A stretch of 64,000 nt of DNA from Sphaerodactylus townsendi. Taxonomy: Eukaryota. Positions 44,701-61,148 of this stretch are shown here, one piece after another. The stretch's first letter is position 1. Every line of letters starts with the position of its first letter. The translations under genes were made by a program, and so were the position numbers. The notes beneath the pieces were generated by a model, which was not told the origin of the DNA, did not search any database, and saw nothing but the letters and a program-made list of their open reading frames with translations. The stretch lies in assembly GCF_021028975.2 (NCBI RefSeq), contig NC_059437.1, positions 32,860,001 through 32,924,000 on the forward strand, written 5' to 3'.

Positions 44701-45960
44701 CTTCACATGAATCTTGCCCCACTATACCCTTTACAACAAAAACAATAAGTGAAATTGAAACTTCATCCATCATGTGTTGGACCCTCTTTGTTTCCGAGTG
44801 CTTTGTGTCAGCACGAGGACCCAAGCGAAGAATTTTAAAACAAAGATGGTCCAGCATGTGGCAGATGGAGTTAACAATTCTACTTAGTTCTTTTTGTTGA
44901 AAAGGGTATTCTACCTGCCAATAAAGGCTTGTGACTGACTACCTGCCAGAGATAGTGCAGCATTTCTGACCGTTATCCTTTCTCCCCCTCCCCCTTCCCC
45001 CCCACCCCCCGGTCCATTTTCAGTTCTTCACAGAATATGGCCCTGATTATGTGTTGGAAATCACACCAAGCTGCAGGCCAGACCGCAATGATCCTCAGAG
45101 AATCCAGGACATGCTCAGCTGTATAAAAGGTGAGGGCTCTAGCAGAGCAGGCCTGGCCCCTCCTCTCCGGGGGCAAAGGGGGTGCGGGAGATTGAGAAGC
45201 CTCTTGGGGTAGACATCGAGCTTGCACTTCATTCACGGGAGAAGTCCATTGGGGTTGGAGTTCACATTGCGCTCACTGTGGATACTGTTCAAAGTGCTTT
45301 TTATCCTACGCCCAACAGCTTTCCTGCCTTCAGCAGTTTTAGGTTGCAGAATGCATGATTCCATGTCAACCTGCCCCCCTTTCCAGAGGCTAGATCTGCT
45401 GTGAATGGGACATATTTCTAAATGGGCTGCTGGGAATTGGGGGAGGGGTTCTGGCACCAGAATAACAGGATGTGGATCAGCCCACAAATCCTTGTCATTG
45501 TAAAGTACTATATTTCAAATACAGAAGCCTTTAAAACTTCTAATTTATCCTGAAAGCCACTTTCCTACCCCCTTCCATACCTCCAATCAAAGGAGTCCTT
45601 TTGTCTCCAATCAAATCCTCCCTCCTAGCTGCTTTAAGCTTCTGTTGGAAAGGACAGGCAAAATACAGATAGCTGACTTCCTTCCCTGCTGGGGCATAAA
45701 ACAATTTGGAAGTTATAACCCCTCTTCCCTAACGCCCAGGTTCATTCCCCCTCTTCTCTCCCAGTGGCTGTGCTTTGTGAGGAAAATACCTATCTGAAGA
45801 TTGAAGAATGGCTGTCTAGTGCCATCAGTAACTTGTCCCTCCATGCTCCCTCCCTGTGTCCCGCCCCCTTTTTATGGCTGACTCAGCCTTCACCTCCAGG
45901 CTGAAGAAGGGCTTTGTGAATGTTGCTCTGTTTGCAGGGAATTTGAAGCATGTGGTGTAG
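35481..45960 (+). CDS. HDAC8: Histone deacetylase 8 (11 exons, 370 aa)
   Basis: Exons 35481-35570, 37221-37273, 37673-37803, 37956-38097, 38956-39068, 39934-40011 (GC donor), 41034-41142, 42372-42544, 43268-43362, 45024-45129, 45938-45960 (1113 nt). Motifs [56 protein letters not shown] and C-terminal GNLKHVV* are diagnostic for HDAC8. Confidence 0.97.
35843..35977. mobile_element. Harbinger-like palindromic MITE
   Basis: GGCCCCTTCCGCACA...TGTGGAAGGAGCC flanked by TTA/TAA (TWA-type target). Confidence 0.7.
40671..40769. mobile_element. Truncated copy of the ACTACAATTCCC palindromic MITE
   Basis: Shares the GGCTGATGGGAATTGTAGT...CATCTGGAGAGCCGCAGGTT end with the other copies. Confidence 0.7.
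41345..41615. mobile_element. hAT-type MITE inserted in a CR1 remnant
   Basis: TIRs TAGGGGTGTCAAAC / GTTTGACATCCCTG; TSD TATTAGGA / CATTAGGA. Confidence 0.7.
44363..44495. mobile_element. Palindromic hAT-like MITE
   Basis: CAGGGGTCTGCAACCTGCGGCTCTCCAGATG...CATCTGGAGAGCCGCAGGTTGCAGACCCT fold-back. Confidence 0.8.
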
Positions 45961-46373
45961 GCGGGGAAGGACAGCTCTTACCATTCCTCATGGGCCGGTC
46001 AGATTGAGAATGCTGCAGTTTTCTGCTGCTGGTGAACTTCAGAAGAAGATACTGCTACTCCATTGCTACTCCACTGCTATGACCATCGATGCTGTTATCA
46101 ACTTTTTAAAAGTAGTAGTAAATTCTTGTGAGGGGACTTGCTATGATGGTTTTTAAGGAAGGGAGGTAGCATTTCTGTGTGAGGCTTCGGTGGTCAGTTT
46201 TGTATCTTTTTATCTACTTTGTAGGGACCCCAGGTACAGCTTGCCTGTCAAATGGCAGGGGTCTGCTGTACCACTGGGGATGAGAGGGTGGGCCTTGGGC
46301 CTTCTGCCTCTTGGATTGGCTGCCTCCTCACCAGAGGGAGAGAAGTGTCTTTTAAAAACTGTTTGAATTTTAA

Positions 46374-46379
46374 AATAAA
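46374..46379 (+). terminator. HDAC8 polyadenylation signal (candidate)
   Basis: First AATAAA about 410 nt after the stop codon, followed by T/GT-rich sequence. Confidence 0.6.
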
Positions 46380-47397
46380 GTATTTGATATATTTGCTGCC
46401 TGGGTTTTTTTTGCATGGTCCTCCAGAGGTTCTTCTGATTGTCTGATTCCCCATACCACATTGGGCTGGGCACTATCCCCTTTTGCTTTTTTTCAGTGTA
46501 CAGTTTCTCAGTGTCCATAGCAACCCATGCATCACTACTAAATAATCTTTTTTATTGTATAGTATTGTGGGGAAATGGAGGGCACAAAGTTCTCACAGCA
46601 AGGATAGAGACACCCTGGGAACTTTGATTGAAGCTACCAGCCCCAGTTCCCTCCAGTCCATTTGAGACGTGATACCTTTTAAAGCTCTCAATGGCAGGAG
46701 CCCACATTCTCGAAGGGACCGTCTCTCACAATATGAATCTTTGCAGTGGCTTCAATCTTCCAGTAAACTCTCTTGTCTGTTTCCTTTGCTCAAGCAAGCA
46801 AAATCTGTTGCAGTTGAAGGTCTTTTGAACAGCTTGTATCAGGCCATTAGGAATGTTCCCATCCTTGTAGCCTTTAGGGAACTATGCAGGATGTCTTGAG
46901 AGGAGGACATTTGAAGATGAGGGGTGTGTGTGTGTGGGGGGTGTGTGTGTGGAGTGAAAATCCTCCTTCCTTGTTTCATCTCACATTTACTTTCACTTCT
47001 GCTAGTTTGTCCCTCCTTCTGCTGCCCGTTCTTTCATTTCAGCAGTCCTTTCCAACCAGACTGAGCCCCTAGAGGAGCCGTTATCATACAAAAGGATAAT
47101 AAAAATCTGCCTCTTGCAGAGAAACATTCATTTCAGTATATTAATTATCAGTGATTGCTTCCACTGTGGTCTCCTTCTCGTTATGGTATTCTGGGGATTG
47201 AATTTGTTCCAAGTGAGCTGTACCCAACACTCTCTAAGACATTGTAAACTGAAACACATCCTGTGAAACACCCATATTCATTTTAACTAAAATCCAGCTT
47301 GATGAACTGTTCAGGGGATTTAAAAGCTTGCTCGGTGTTCTGGGGTTGGTTGTAATAAAAACGTATCACACAATTGTAATTTTTTTTTTACTATTGA

Positions 47398-47526
47398 CTA
47401 AGCTACAATTGTTTGAATGGAAAGGGCTCTGGTATCAGTTGTCAGCCATATCAAACCCCATAAACGAGCAATGGGGTCATTACAACTGAAACCAGAGTCC
47501 TTTCCATTCAAACAATTGTAGGTTAG
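47398..47526. repeat. Inverted repeat (about 45-bp arms) upstream of the RPS4X promoter
   Basis: CTACAATTGTTTGAATGGAAAGGGCTCTGGTATCAGTTGT pairs with ACAACTGAAACCAGAGTCCTTTCCATTCAAACAATTGTAG. Confidence 0.8.
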
Positions 47527-47619
47527 CTCAGACTAGCCCAGACATGCAGACCAAAAAAACCAAAGATCTTGCAGAACATCCACTGTACGAAGTTACCTAT
47601 CAGTTACCAATGATCGTGA

Positions 47620-47818
47620 GAGGGTGCCGCGGATTGTCCCCAGGCGCTACCCGTACGCCGAAAAAGTTGCCATCCTGGAGTGGGCCGCTAGGTGACGCCG
47701 CTCACTGTCCCTCAGCCTTGGTCTTCGTGGTTCTTTCACGACCGCCGTAGGCCGGCTCTCGGGTCGGATATCCGCTCCGGAACGGAAGTGGCGGCCCTTT
47801 TCTCGGCAGAGCGCGGCC

Positions 47819-47830
<12 letters not shown>
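47620..47830 (+). promoter_or_regulatory. RPS4X promoter: TCT/5' TOP initiator, tandem ETS/GABP sites, CTCF-like site
   Basis: CCCTTTTCTC pyrimidine tract at 47795-47804 just before the ATG; CCGGAACGGAAGTG at 47777-47790; GCCGCTAGGTGACGC at 47684-47698; CpG-rich. Confidence 0.85.
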
Positions 47831-53339
<5,509 letters not shown>

Positions 53340-53385
53340 GTCCCTGGAATGCTGGCACAAAGATCTACCCAAAGTCCCTTTGACA

Positions 53386-53391
53386 AATAAA
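53386..53391 (+). terminator. RPS4X polyadenylation signal
   Basis: AATAAA 46 nt after the TGA, typical short ribosomal-protein 3' UTR. Confidence 0.85.
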
Positions 53392-55423
53392 ACCTTTTCC
53401 AAACATTGCTTGGGATCTGTATTCTCTCTCCCACGACACTCTGGTCTTGATTTGAGGCAGAAACCCTCTCAAATGGTAAACTGCTTGATTTTTTGCTTGA
53501 TTTTCAGTTAGAAAAGAATGGTGTTTTGGTTGCTTAGAAAAACTGAATCCTCACTGCTATGGTAAGGCCAATCAAAGGCAGCTTCTTATGCTACTGAAAA
53601 TAATGTAGAAGTCAGTGTCATCAGCTGTATCTAAGATAGTGCCTACAAGTTTATATTTTGCAGATGATTGTATGTTCCTGGTTATGCTAAGACTAGGCCA
53701 TCAGTAGTATAACAGACCATTTTGCTTGGCAAATATAGCAGTGAAGGCAAGCTCCTTAAGCACTGGCAAATGCCCTTGGGCTTAGTGCTTCAAGGCAAGG
53801 TGGTGGGTGTGGTTTATTTTGTACCCCTGCCTTTCTCCCCACTGGAGCACAAAATCAGTTTACATTGTTCTCCCCTTCTCCATTTCATCCTCACAGTGTG
53901 GGATTTAAACTGGGTCTCTCAGATCATAGTCTGACATCTTAACTCCTTCAACTCACTGCCTATCATTACCTTTGTCCAGTTGTCACCTGGATCCAAGACT
54001 GTCTTCTTAGAAGCCTGTAACCCCAAAGAAGAGAGGGCTGCTATTTGAGAATGGCTGGAGGCGGGGTCAGTGTGGGCAGCCCCAGCAAGCCGGCTCATTA
54101 GAGATGGTCCTGCTGGTTCTCACTTCCCTTAGCAAGTGCTTTTGCTGTGGTTGTCAGAAAACTCTGAACAGCTGCATATTTTGAACAGATATTTATCTCT
54201 ACCTACACCTCATCCTTAACTTCATTGCTGGGAGGCTTTCACAGATGCAACCAGTTACCCAGCGATTAAAGCGTCCCTCTTTGTTTTATTAATGAAAGGA
54301 CTGAGACAGATTATGTGAAAAAGTTTCGCTTTGAGGCTTCACTCCTTTAGAAAAAGGCAGTGATCTAGGGGCATATAAGGTGCCAAAGGTATGCAAGTTA
54401 GGCAGAGGAATCAAGTTGATGGCTGGGAATCACCAGTTGGAATGCAGCAGTGTAACTGTTGGCTGCTCCCGACAGTCGCCTTGAGTAAATGATATACTGT
54501 AGAAATGGGAGACATGGGGTGGGTACTGGGGGGGGGGGTTTCCAAGAGGTCAACACCACTAAATTCTAGGCAACATATCTTGACAAACCACAATCTTTTC
54601 AGAGTAGGCTTTCAATACTTCTGTGATGTCATTGGGGGGGGCATCCTGTTTAGGGTCCAGTGTCTGTCATGTCTTTGGAGGGGGAGTGAGGTGATCCTAT
54701 CTCTACCTGAGAGTCATTGAGGGGATGAGGTTTGCTCCTGAAACAGTGGGCTGTGCAACTCTGGCCACAGCAGCAACCGGTGTTACCCCTTGTAACCAGC
54801 TGCAGCTTCTGACACATGATAGATTACCCATGTTGTGTGTGTGTGGAGGGGGGGGGGTCCAAACTGGTCTTCCTTCAGGTGCTTTCCAGAGTTGGAGCAG
54901 GTAACAAGTCTCCAGGTATGCAGAGGCCCATCAGTGCTCAGTAGCAGGTTGCAAGGCCTTTTAAGGCAAGCTGTTTTCCTTGTTTTAAAGCTGCTGTCCT
55001 CACCTGTAAAGAAAAACAGTTGAATTGAAGCAGTGTTCTTAATGGGACCCTGACTGCTTAGCGGGTGTGCTACAGGTGGAATAAGGGATGTTTTCAGAAA
55101 AGGCTAGGGAAGATGGACATGCAACTACTAGCTGCTCCTGGGGAGAAGAATAATAGAATGATTTGGGGTCTGAGTTGCTAGCTGTCTGATTGATCAGTGG
55201 CTGGAGTGGAAGAGTAATGGAGAATCCTCAAACAAAGGTTTTTTATTGTATTATTTTTTGTAGAGAGGAGTAGAGGTGATAGCAGTAGAGCCACTGATAC
55301 GGAGTAAGGATTTTCTTTAAAATAAAGATAACCCCCTCTTTGCCCAGTCCAGATCTAGAGTTCCTTACCCACCTTACCTGTGCACGCCTTCAGCTTGCCC
55401 AGAGGGAAGGAGGACTTGGCCTT

Positions 55424-57724
55424 CTACAGATTACACTGGGGGTGATTCTCAGCTTCTGAGTCTTCCTCAAAGTCCTCAGGATAACTGCTCAGCCCCCATT
55501 CATCCTCAGAGTCTGCAGGAACAATGAAACAGTTTGGCACCAATGAGAGCAGGGGAAGGAAGGGAGTTTTGTTAGATAGCTAGTAAGCTATCTTCTTCTC
55601 TGTGTAGGGGAAAGGAAATCAATTTTGCCAGATCGCAGTGTGGATCAATTTGCAGTGGGTATACCTATGCTATTACACCTGCCCTGCAAATAAATACCTG
55701 GAAGTGAAATTTCTCTGAGGTGTGGGGGGTGGGGTGGGGCTGCCTCTACTGAGTATTAAAGGGAGGGGAATCCTTCAGCCTGTTTACCTGTTTTAACAGC
55801 TGTCAACAAGAACCAAAACAGGGGACTTGAAATGACAGTGTTGTGACTGAGGAAGCATGGCTTCTGTCCCCCAGTTGCCTGGCCTGATCACATTGTCATT
55901 GGGAATGCCCAAAGGAGATGGGCAGGAGCCATATAGGTGGATCCAGAAGTGAAGTCCTAGGGAATTACAGTACTGGCGGGGACTTGCCACAACAGAATGA
56001 AAGCATGATTTAGCTTAGAAATTGTAGAACTGCAACTACATGACAGGCATTTTTATATGACATCAGGATTAGAGTGAAACAATCTTGAGGTTTTTGTTTT
56101 AAGATGCCAGTTGGCATTCGAAGGTAGAGTGGAATAATGATTAGAGCAGGGATGTCCAACTATGGTGCTTTAGATGTCCATGGACTACAATTCCCATCAG
56201 CTGCTGGCACGGCCAATTGGGACTGATGGCAATTGTAGTCCATGAACATCTGAAGAGCTGGATTAGATTATCATGCTAGGATAATAAAGAGGCCCAGATC
56301 TGAATCCCACACTTGCCATAACAGCTTATCAATGAGTGGCTAGTCACTCTGAGCCTAACCTGCCTTGCAGGATCGACTTATTGACAGAATAAAAGGGAGA
56401 AGGATATTGTACGCCACTTCGGGTCCCCATGGACAAGGAAAGGAGCAGGGGAATGTCTCGGCAGGAATCACTAATATTTGCAAGAAAGCATTTTGATTCT
56501 TGGTTATTTTGGTTCATCATGGAAGGCTTCAGGCCACGTTGGCTGCCCTGTACTTCTTTCAGTGTCCCCTGGTGCATTCCTTTGCTAAGCCTTGACCCAC
56601 TTACCAGTTTCAGAGGGTGTCTCTGTGGTCTCTGTAGCATCCTCATCAGAACTGCTGCTAAGTGAGGATGTGCTGGTGGTTTCAAAGTCTTCTGAGTAAT
56701 CAGAACTGCTAGGGATGCTAGAGACCTCATCTGGGTCCGTGTGTTTAGTGTGCTGCTGATAAGCACAACGTGGGATAGGTATTACCATTCGGTCCGTGTC
56801 GCCTTCGTAGCCCAGTGGGCCTGTCTGGTGCAGTCCAGGTGGGCTGAGCCCATGACCATCTCCATCATGTGATGCTTCCAGACGTGACTTGTTCAGGACG
56901 TGGATTTCTTGATGGAGAAGGAAGAGTCTGAGGTGGTCCTGAACATACTGGATGTTGAGGATGGCACCAGCACTGGGCCTGTCCTCTGGATCCTTTTGTA
57001 GGATAACTTGGACCAAACTATGCAGAGCTTCCGAGTAACACTCTGGAACAGGAGCATAATCCTCTTTCACGATTTTGTTAAACAAGCTGCCCAAACTGAG
57101 GCCACGAAAAGGGGGCTTCAGAGCACACAGCTCAAAGAGAACACAGCCCATTGCCCAAATGTCTGACTTGGAGCTGTAGGGCACATCCTCGCAGAGCTCA
57201 GGGCTCAAGTAATAAGGGGTGCCCACAAAGGTGCTTGCCAAGTCAATGGTGCTATCCATGACCTTCGAGATGCCAAAGTCCCCCAGTTTCAGCATCCCTG
57301 TCTTTGTGAGGAACACGTTTGATGCCTTGATGTCTCGATGCAGGATCTTCAAGGAGTGGATGTACTGGACAGCCATAACCAGCTGCACAAACCACTCCAA
57401 GATGGTGGGCTCAGGGAAGTAGCCCTCTGTCTTCATCTTGATGTGCTCGTCCAGGGAGCCATTGTCACAGTAATCTTGGACGATGAAGACATGATCCTGC
57501 TCCGCATCAAAGAAGTGGTCATGGCATGCCACCACATGGGGATGCCAGAGCGTGCTCAAGATGGCCACCTCTTGCAACACAGCTTCCTTGTTCTGCAGTC
57601 TCTTACTTGGGTGAATCTTGACCTTCTTCACAGCAAACAGTTGCTTTGTCCATGTGCTCCTCATGAGAAAAACCTCTGCACTTGCACCTTGGCCGATCTT
57701 GAGGATTTTCTCGTAGTTCTCCAT
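55424..57724 (-). CDS. NIMA-related (NEK family) Ser/Thr kinase, NEK12-like, about 402 aa
   Basis: Coding exon 57724-56605: acceptor tttctcctag|ggagaATGG with strong Kozak context, donor actg|gtaagt. It contains a complete kinase domain: [60 protein letters not shown] phase-compatible second coding exon 55512-55424 adds [32 protein letters not shown] family assignment is strong; the specific orthology is not verified. Confidence 0.88.
56147..56262. mobile_element. Diverged copy of the palindromic MITE (in NEK-like intron)
   Basis: CAGGGATGTCCAAC...GGACTACAATTCCCATCAG...AATTGTAGTCCATGAACATCTG. Confidence 0.7.
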
Positions 57725-59269
57725 TCTCCCTAGGAGAAACATCACACCAGGTGACCATGGTTAGGAGGCACCTCCACTGCCCCACTGCCTGTCTTTGTGT
57801 CATTGGCCTGGAGGAGGGGTGGAAGGAAGGAAGACAGGCAGGTCAGGAGGAGGGGCCTCCTGGAGGAAGAGCTTTTTTATGCCATCATTTTGACTTTGGC
57901 TTGGACCAGAGTGGGAGTAGCAAGGTTGGTGTCATTGGCTGAGGACAGAGGTCCTGGGTGAGAGCTTGCAGCTGAGCAACCAGGGTCAAGTACTACATCA
58001 TAGAAAAGACTATGACTCTGGGACCTTATGGGCCCTGGGCTGCTGTGCCAAGGTTGCTGCTATTGGGGTAGGAAAGTGATACAAGAGGCCTGCTTTGCAC
58101 CTCTGTTCTTTAGAGATGTGGTGTGACCCTTTCCAGCACATAAGATTACATGAACATGTGCTTGAGGCATCAGGGCAGCCATAATGATAAACAAGGGGAC
58201 TTTGGTTTGCTGCAGAAACACAATTTCAGGATCATCTTAGAATGTCACAAAGGACAGGCACGTTGTCCCACGGAGCCAAATTAAAGGGTTTCAGACACTA
58301 CTACTTAGTTGAAGGTGATTCTATACTGCATTCTCAGTTTCAAAAGGAAACTTACCGTGTTTTTTTTAACGAAGCAATAAAAATGACAGGACAAAAGCAG
58401 CTGCATATCTTGCACAAAAAGCTACAATCACAGATGGAAATCTGCAAGGCCACAGAACAAAATGAAGCTGTGATCAAAAGACTCCCATTTGCAGTCTCAA
58501 AACCTTGGGGTGGGAGCTGGGAAAGGAATGTGCTTCCCTGATACCTGATGCTCATCCACTGTCAAATCAACCTCATTTCCAACACTGAAATCACCCAAAA
58601 GACCTTTTGGAGATCTCCATGCACTTCTTTGGTTCTCACCATCCTGAATAATCCACATCTTCACTACTAACTCCATCTCACTCCCAGCAAAATAGGACTC
58701 GTCCTGATACTAATTTCTGGCTGAGCAGCCTCCATGGGTTACTCTGTTCAGGTGTGGCTCACTCTGGGGCAACGGGTATGCCAGCTTCCACCACTGGCAT
58801 TGCTGGCCATGTATGAGCAAAATGCGCCCGGCAGTACAGGACTTGTCCTCCGTGGCACTCCCCCTCATCAGACTTATTTTTATTCATTCAATGAGATAAA
58901 AACAACATAAAAAGCTAACAAATATAAAAATATTAACATTGCAATATGAAACTAATATGTAGCTTGCACCCCTAAAGGCCTGCCTATCCACCCCAGAGTA
59001 GGACGTCCTTCCTTCTATTTCCAGAGCTTTCCTTTTACTCTTGGCTTCTGTGCAGGAAGAAAGATGGGGTGCTAATGGTAAGGATCAGCATTCATTCTGT
59101 TTCCCAAGTAGTGAAAAGCTTCACCAGCCAAGCTGCTACCAAAGACGCAAGAGCAGGTCCAGCCAGTTAGTCTGATCAGTTGGCAACCCTGTCCTGCAAG
59201 CCGGAGTCACCCTGGGTTTCCATACCGTGCCTCCTGAACTGCAAAACCCAGCCTGGAGGAAGCTGACGC

Positions 59270-60020
59270 AGCAATTCCTTGGGCTCCGGAGCTGTTCATA
59301 AAGCGATGATGTGCGACCAAGCGGCGCGAGCAAAGGGGGCTGAGGAGCCAAGTCTGGCCGGGACCCCGGCAGGAAGCAGCTGCAGATGCCAGGAAGGCCT
59401 CTCTTTGGCCTTCACCTGCCTGCGCCTGCAGAAAAGCTGCAAAGCTTGGCTGGCCTTGGATGATATGTCATAGCGTCTCTATGGCAACACAGCCCAGCTC
59501 CCCGGCGTCACTTACTCCAAGGCTCTGCTGCGGCCAGGTAGAACGACGAGAGGTAGGAGGCGGGGGTGGTAGTGGAGCAGCCTCGGAGTGCTTCACTTTG
59601 CCGTTTGCACCACCCACGATTACGCTGTGTTTTTATTTTGCCCCTTCAGGGCTGGGCCTCCCCAACGGCCAGAGAAACACAGTGGGCCGCGGGACTCGTC
59701 TGCATTTGAATAGAAACCAGTTAATCTGCAGTGCGCGCCTCCACCCCGGAGCAGCGGGCTGGGCGGAAAAGCAGCCGAATGCGCCCTCTCCGACTGCCAC
59801 AAGGCGGCGCTGTTTCCCCACCGATGCGGGCCGGGACCAGAGAGGGCGGGGCTGCAGATGTTCCCCTGTGTTTTTTTCTATAGGCAGTAAAGGGTACATT
59901 GTGTTCGCCTGCGGTCCTGGGAAAGCAGCTGTGTTTCTGGGATCGCTCCCATCTGGCATGGGGAGCCCTGAAGGATGTCCCTCCAAGACGGAAGCGCCGT
60001 TTCCTGCTTCGATCGGCATC
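59270..60020 (-). promoter_or_regulatory. CpG island, putative promoter/non-coding first exon of the NEK-like gene, with RFX X-box
   Basis: CpG-rich block 1.5-2.3 kb upstream of the kinase ATG exon; minus-strand donor gga|gtaagt at 59516/59515; X-box GTCTCTATGGCAAC at 59475-59488; GC boxes. Confidence 0.65.
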
Positions 60021-60732
60021 TTCCTAAAAAATCTCCAGCCCAGGGTTGGAACAGATAACAGGGTGCAAAGAAAGGCACTAAGGAAGACTCTCACCTCACA
60101 GGTCTCCTTATTTTTCACAGCTGAGTGACAGGCAGAAAGTTACCAGGAACAGAATTCTGCACTGTTAAGCAAATTTTTGCATTTCTGCCTGCAGTGGCAG
60201 CCCTGGAAGCAAGAATAGGCCTGTTGGCTGTGGGAATACTTGGCAGGTGATGCCCATGTGTGTTGGGACTAGGTAGTAATCCAAACAGCGGGCATCATTG
60301 CTCTCATAGTCTTGCTTCTTCCAAGGAAGTGAAATTTGACCCCAGCTGCTCCTCAGGCAGGGCCTTGAAGATAACAGGTTTCTTCGGAACTAGACAGGGA
60401 GAAAGTTCACTCACCCCAAAGGAAAACAAATCACGGAAAATCTGTGTTGTCCCTGCCAAAGAAATGGTACAAGCTGTGGTGCTGTAGATCTTGCGAAAGA
60501 TACCTGGTGAGACTGTTTGATGTGTGTGCCATGAGATGAGGCATGCCATTTCTAGTGCATGCTTGAGCTAGGCAGCCTCCCACCAGCTGACCCCCAAAGA
60601 TCTAGCTGTTAAACAAGTTAAATGTGAGAAGCAAAAGGCTATGGCAGGGGGAATGGAAGCACTATCCTGGGGACATTCTACTTGCCCTAAAAGTCTTTTG
60701 CTACCAGCATACAGAAAGCCAAAACTTAAAAA

Positions 60733-61148
60733 CAGAGGTGTAGCTGGGCCAGAGTGTGCCCGGTGTGCACTCTGTTTTCTGCCCCTTTCTGCGGCGCCCC
60801 CCTCCCGCCACCCCCTCTCTTACCTTTGCTAAACAGTGCAGGCTGGAGAAGCAGCCTGTTCCCTTCAGGCTGAAAATGGCCTGGTGGGAACTATACTTCC
60901 CATGAGACCTTGCGAGCCCCAAGGTCTCATGGGAAATGTATTTCCCACCTGGCCATTTTCAGCCTGAAGGGAACAGGCTGCTTCTCCAGCCTGCACTGTT
61001 TAGCAAAGGTAAGTGGGGGAGGGACGCTGCAGGGGGGCACCATGGGGGGAGGGGCATGGAGGGGGGCCGTGAGGGCAATTTCCCACCCTTCCAGGTACGT
61101 GCCCGATGCAACGTGCACCCCCCGGTTCCCCTGGTAGCTACACGTCTG
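60733..61148. mobile_element. hAT-type non-autonomous element with an internal 94-bp inverted repeat
   Basis: TIRs CAGAGGTGTAGCT / AGCTACACGTCTG, degenerate 8-bp TSD (CTTAAAAA/CTCAAAAC); internal arms 60819-60912 and 60920-61013. Confidence 0.7.

Noticed and set aside
56585-57745. ORF-track limits of the kinase (386 aa, single exon)
   Set aside because: The upstream MMFLLGR overlaps a splice acceptor and the terminal GKWVKA is read-through of a GTAAGT donor; the spliced model is preferred.
59750-59775. GGGCGGAAAAGC resembles part of the telomerase RNA pseudoknot
   Set aside because: No CTAACCCTAA template or other conserved TERC regions nearby.
59460-60128. 222-aa and 161-aa ORFs; considered ERCC6L/PIN4, the expected syntenic neighbours
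   Set aside because: No similarity to either protein; composition is typical of CpG-island spurious ORFs.
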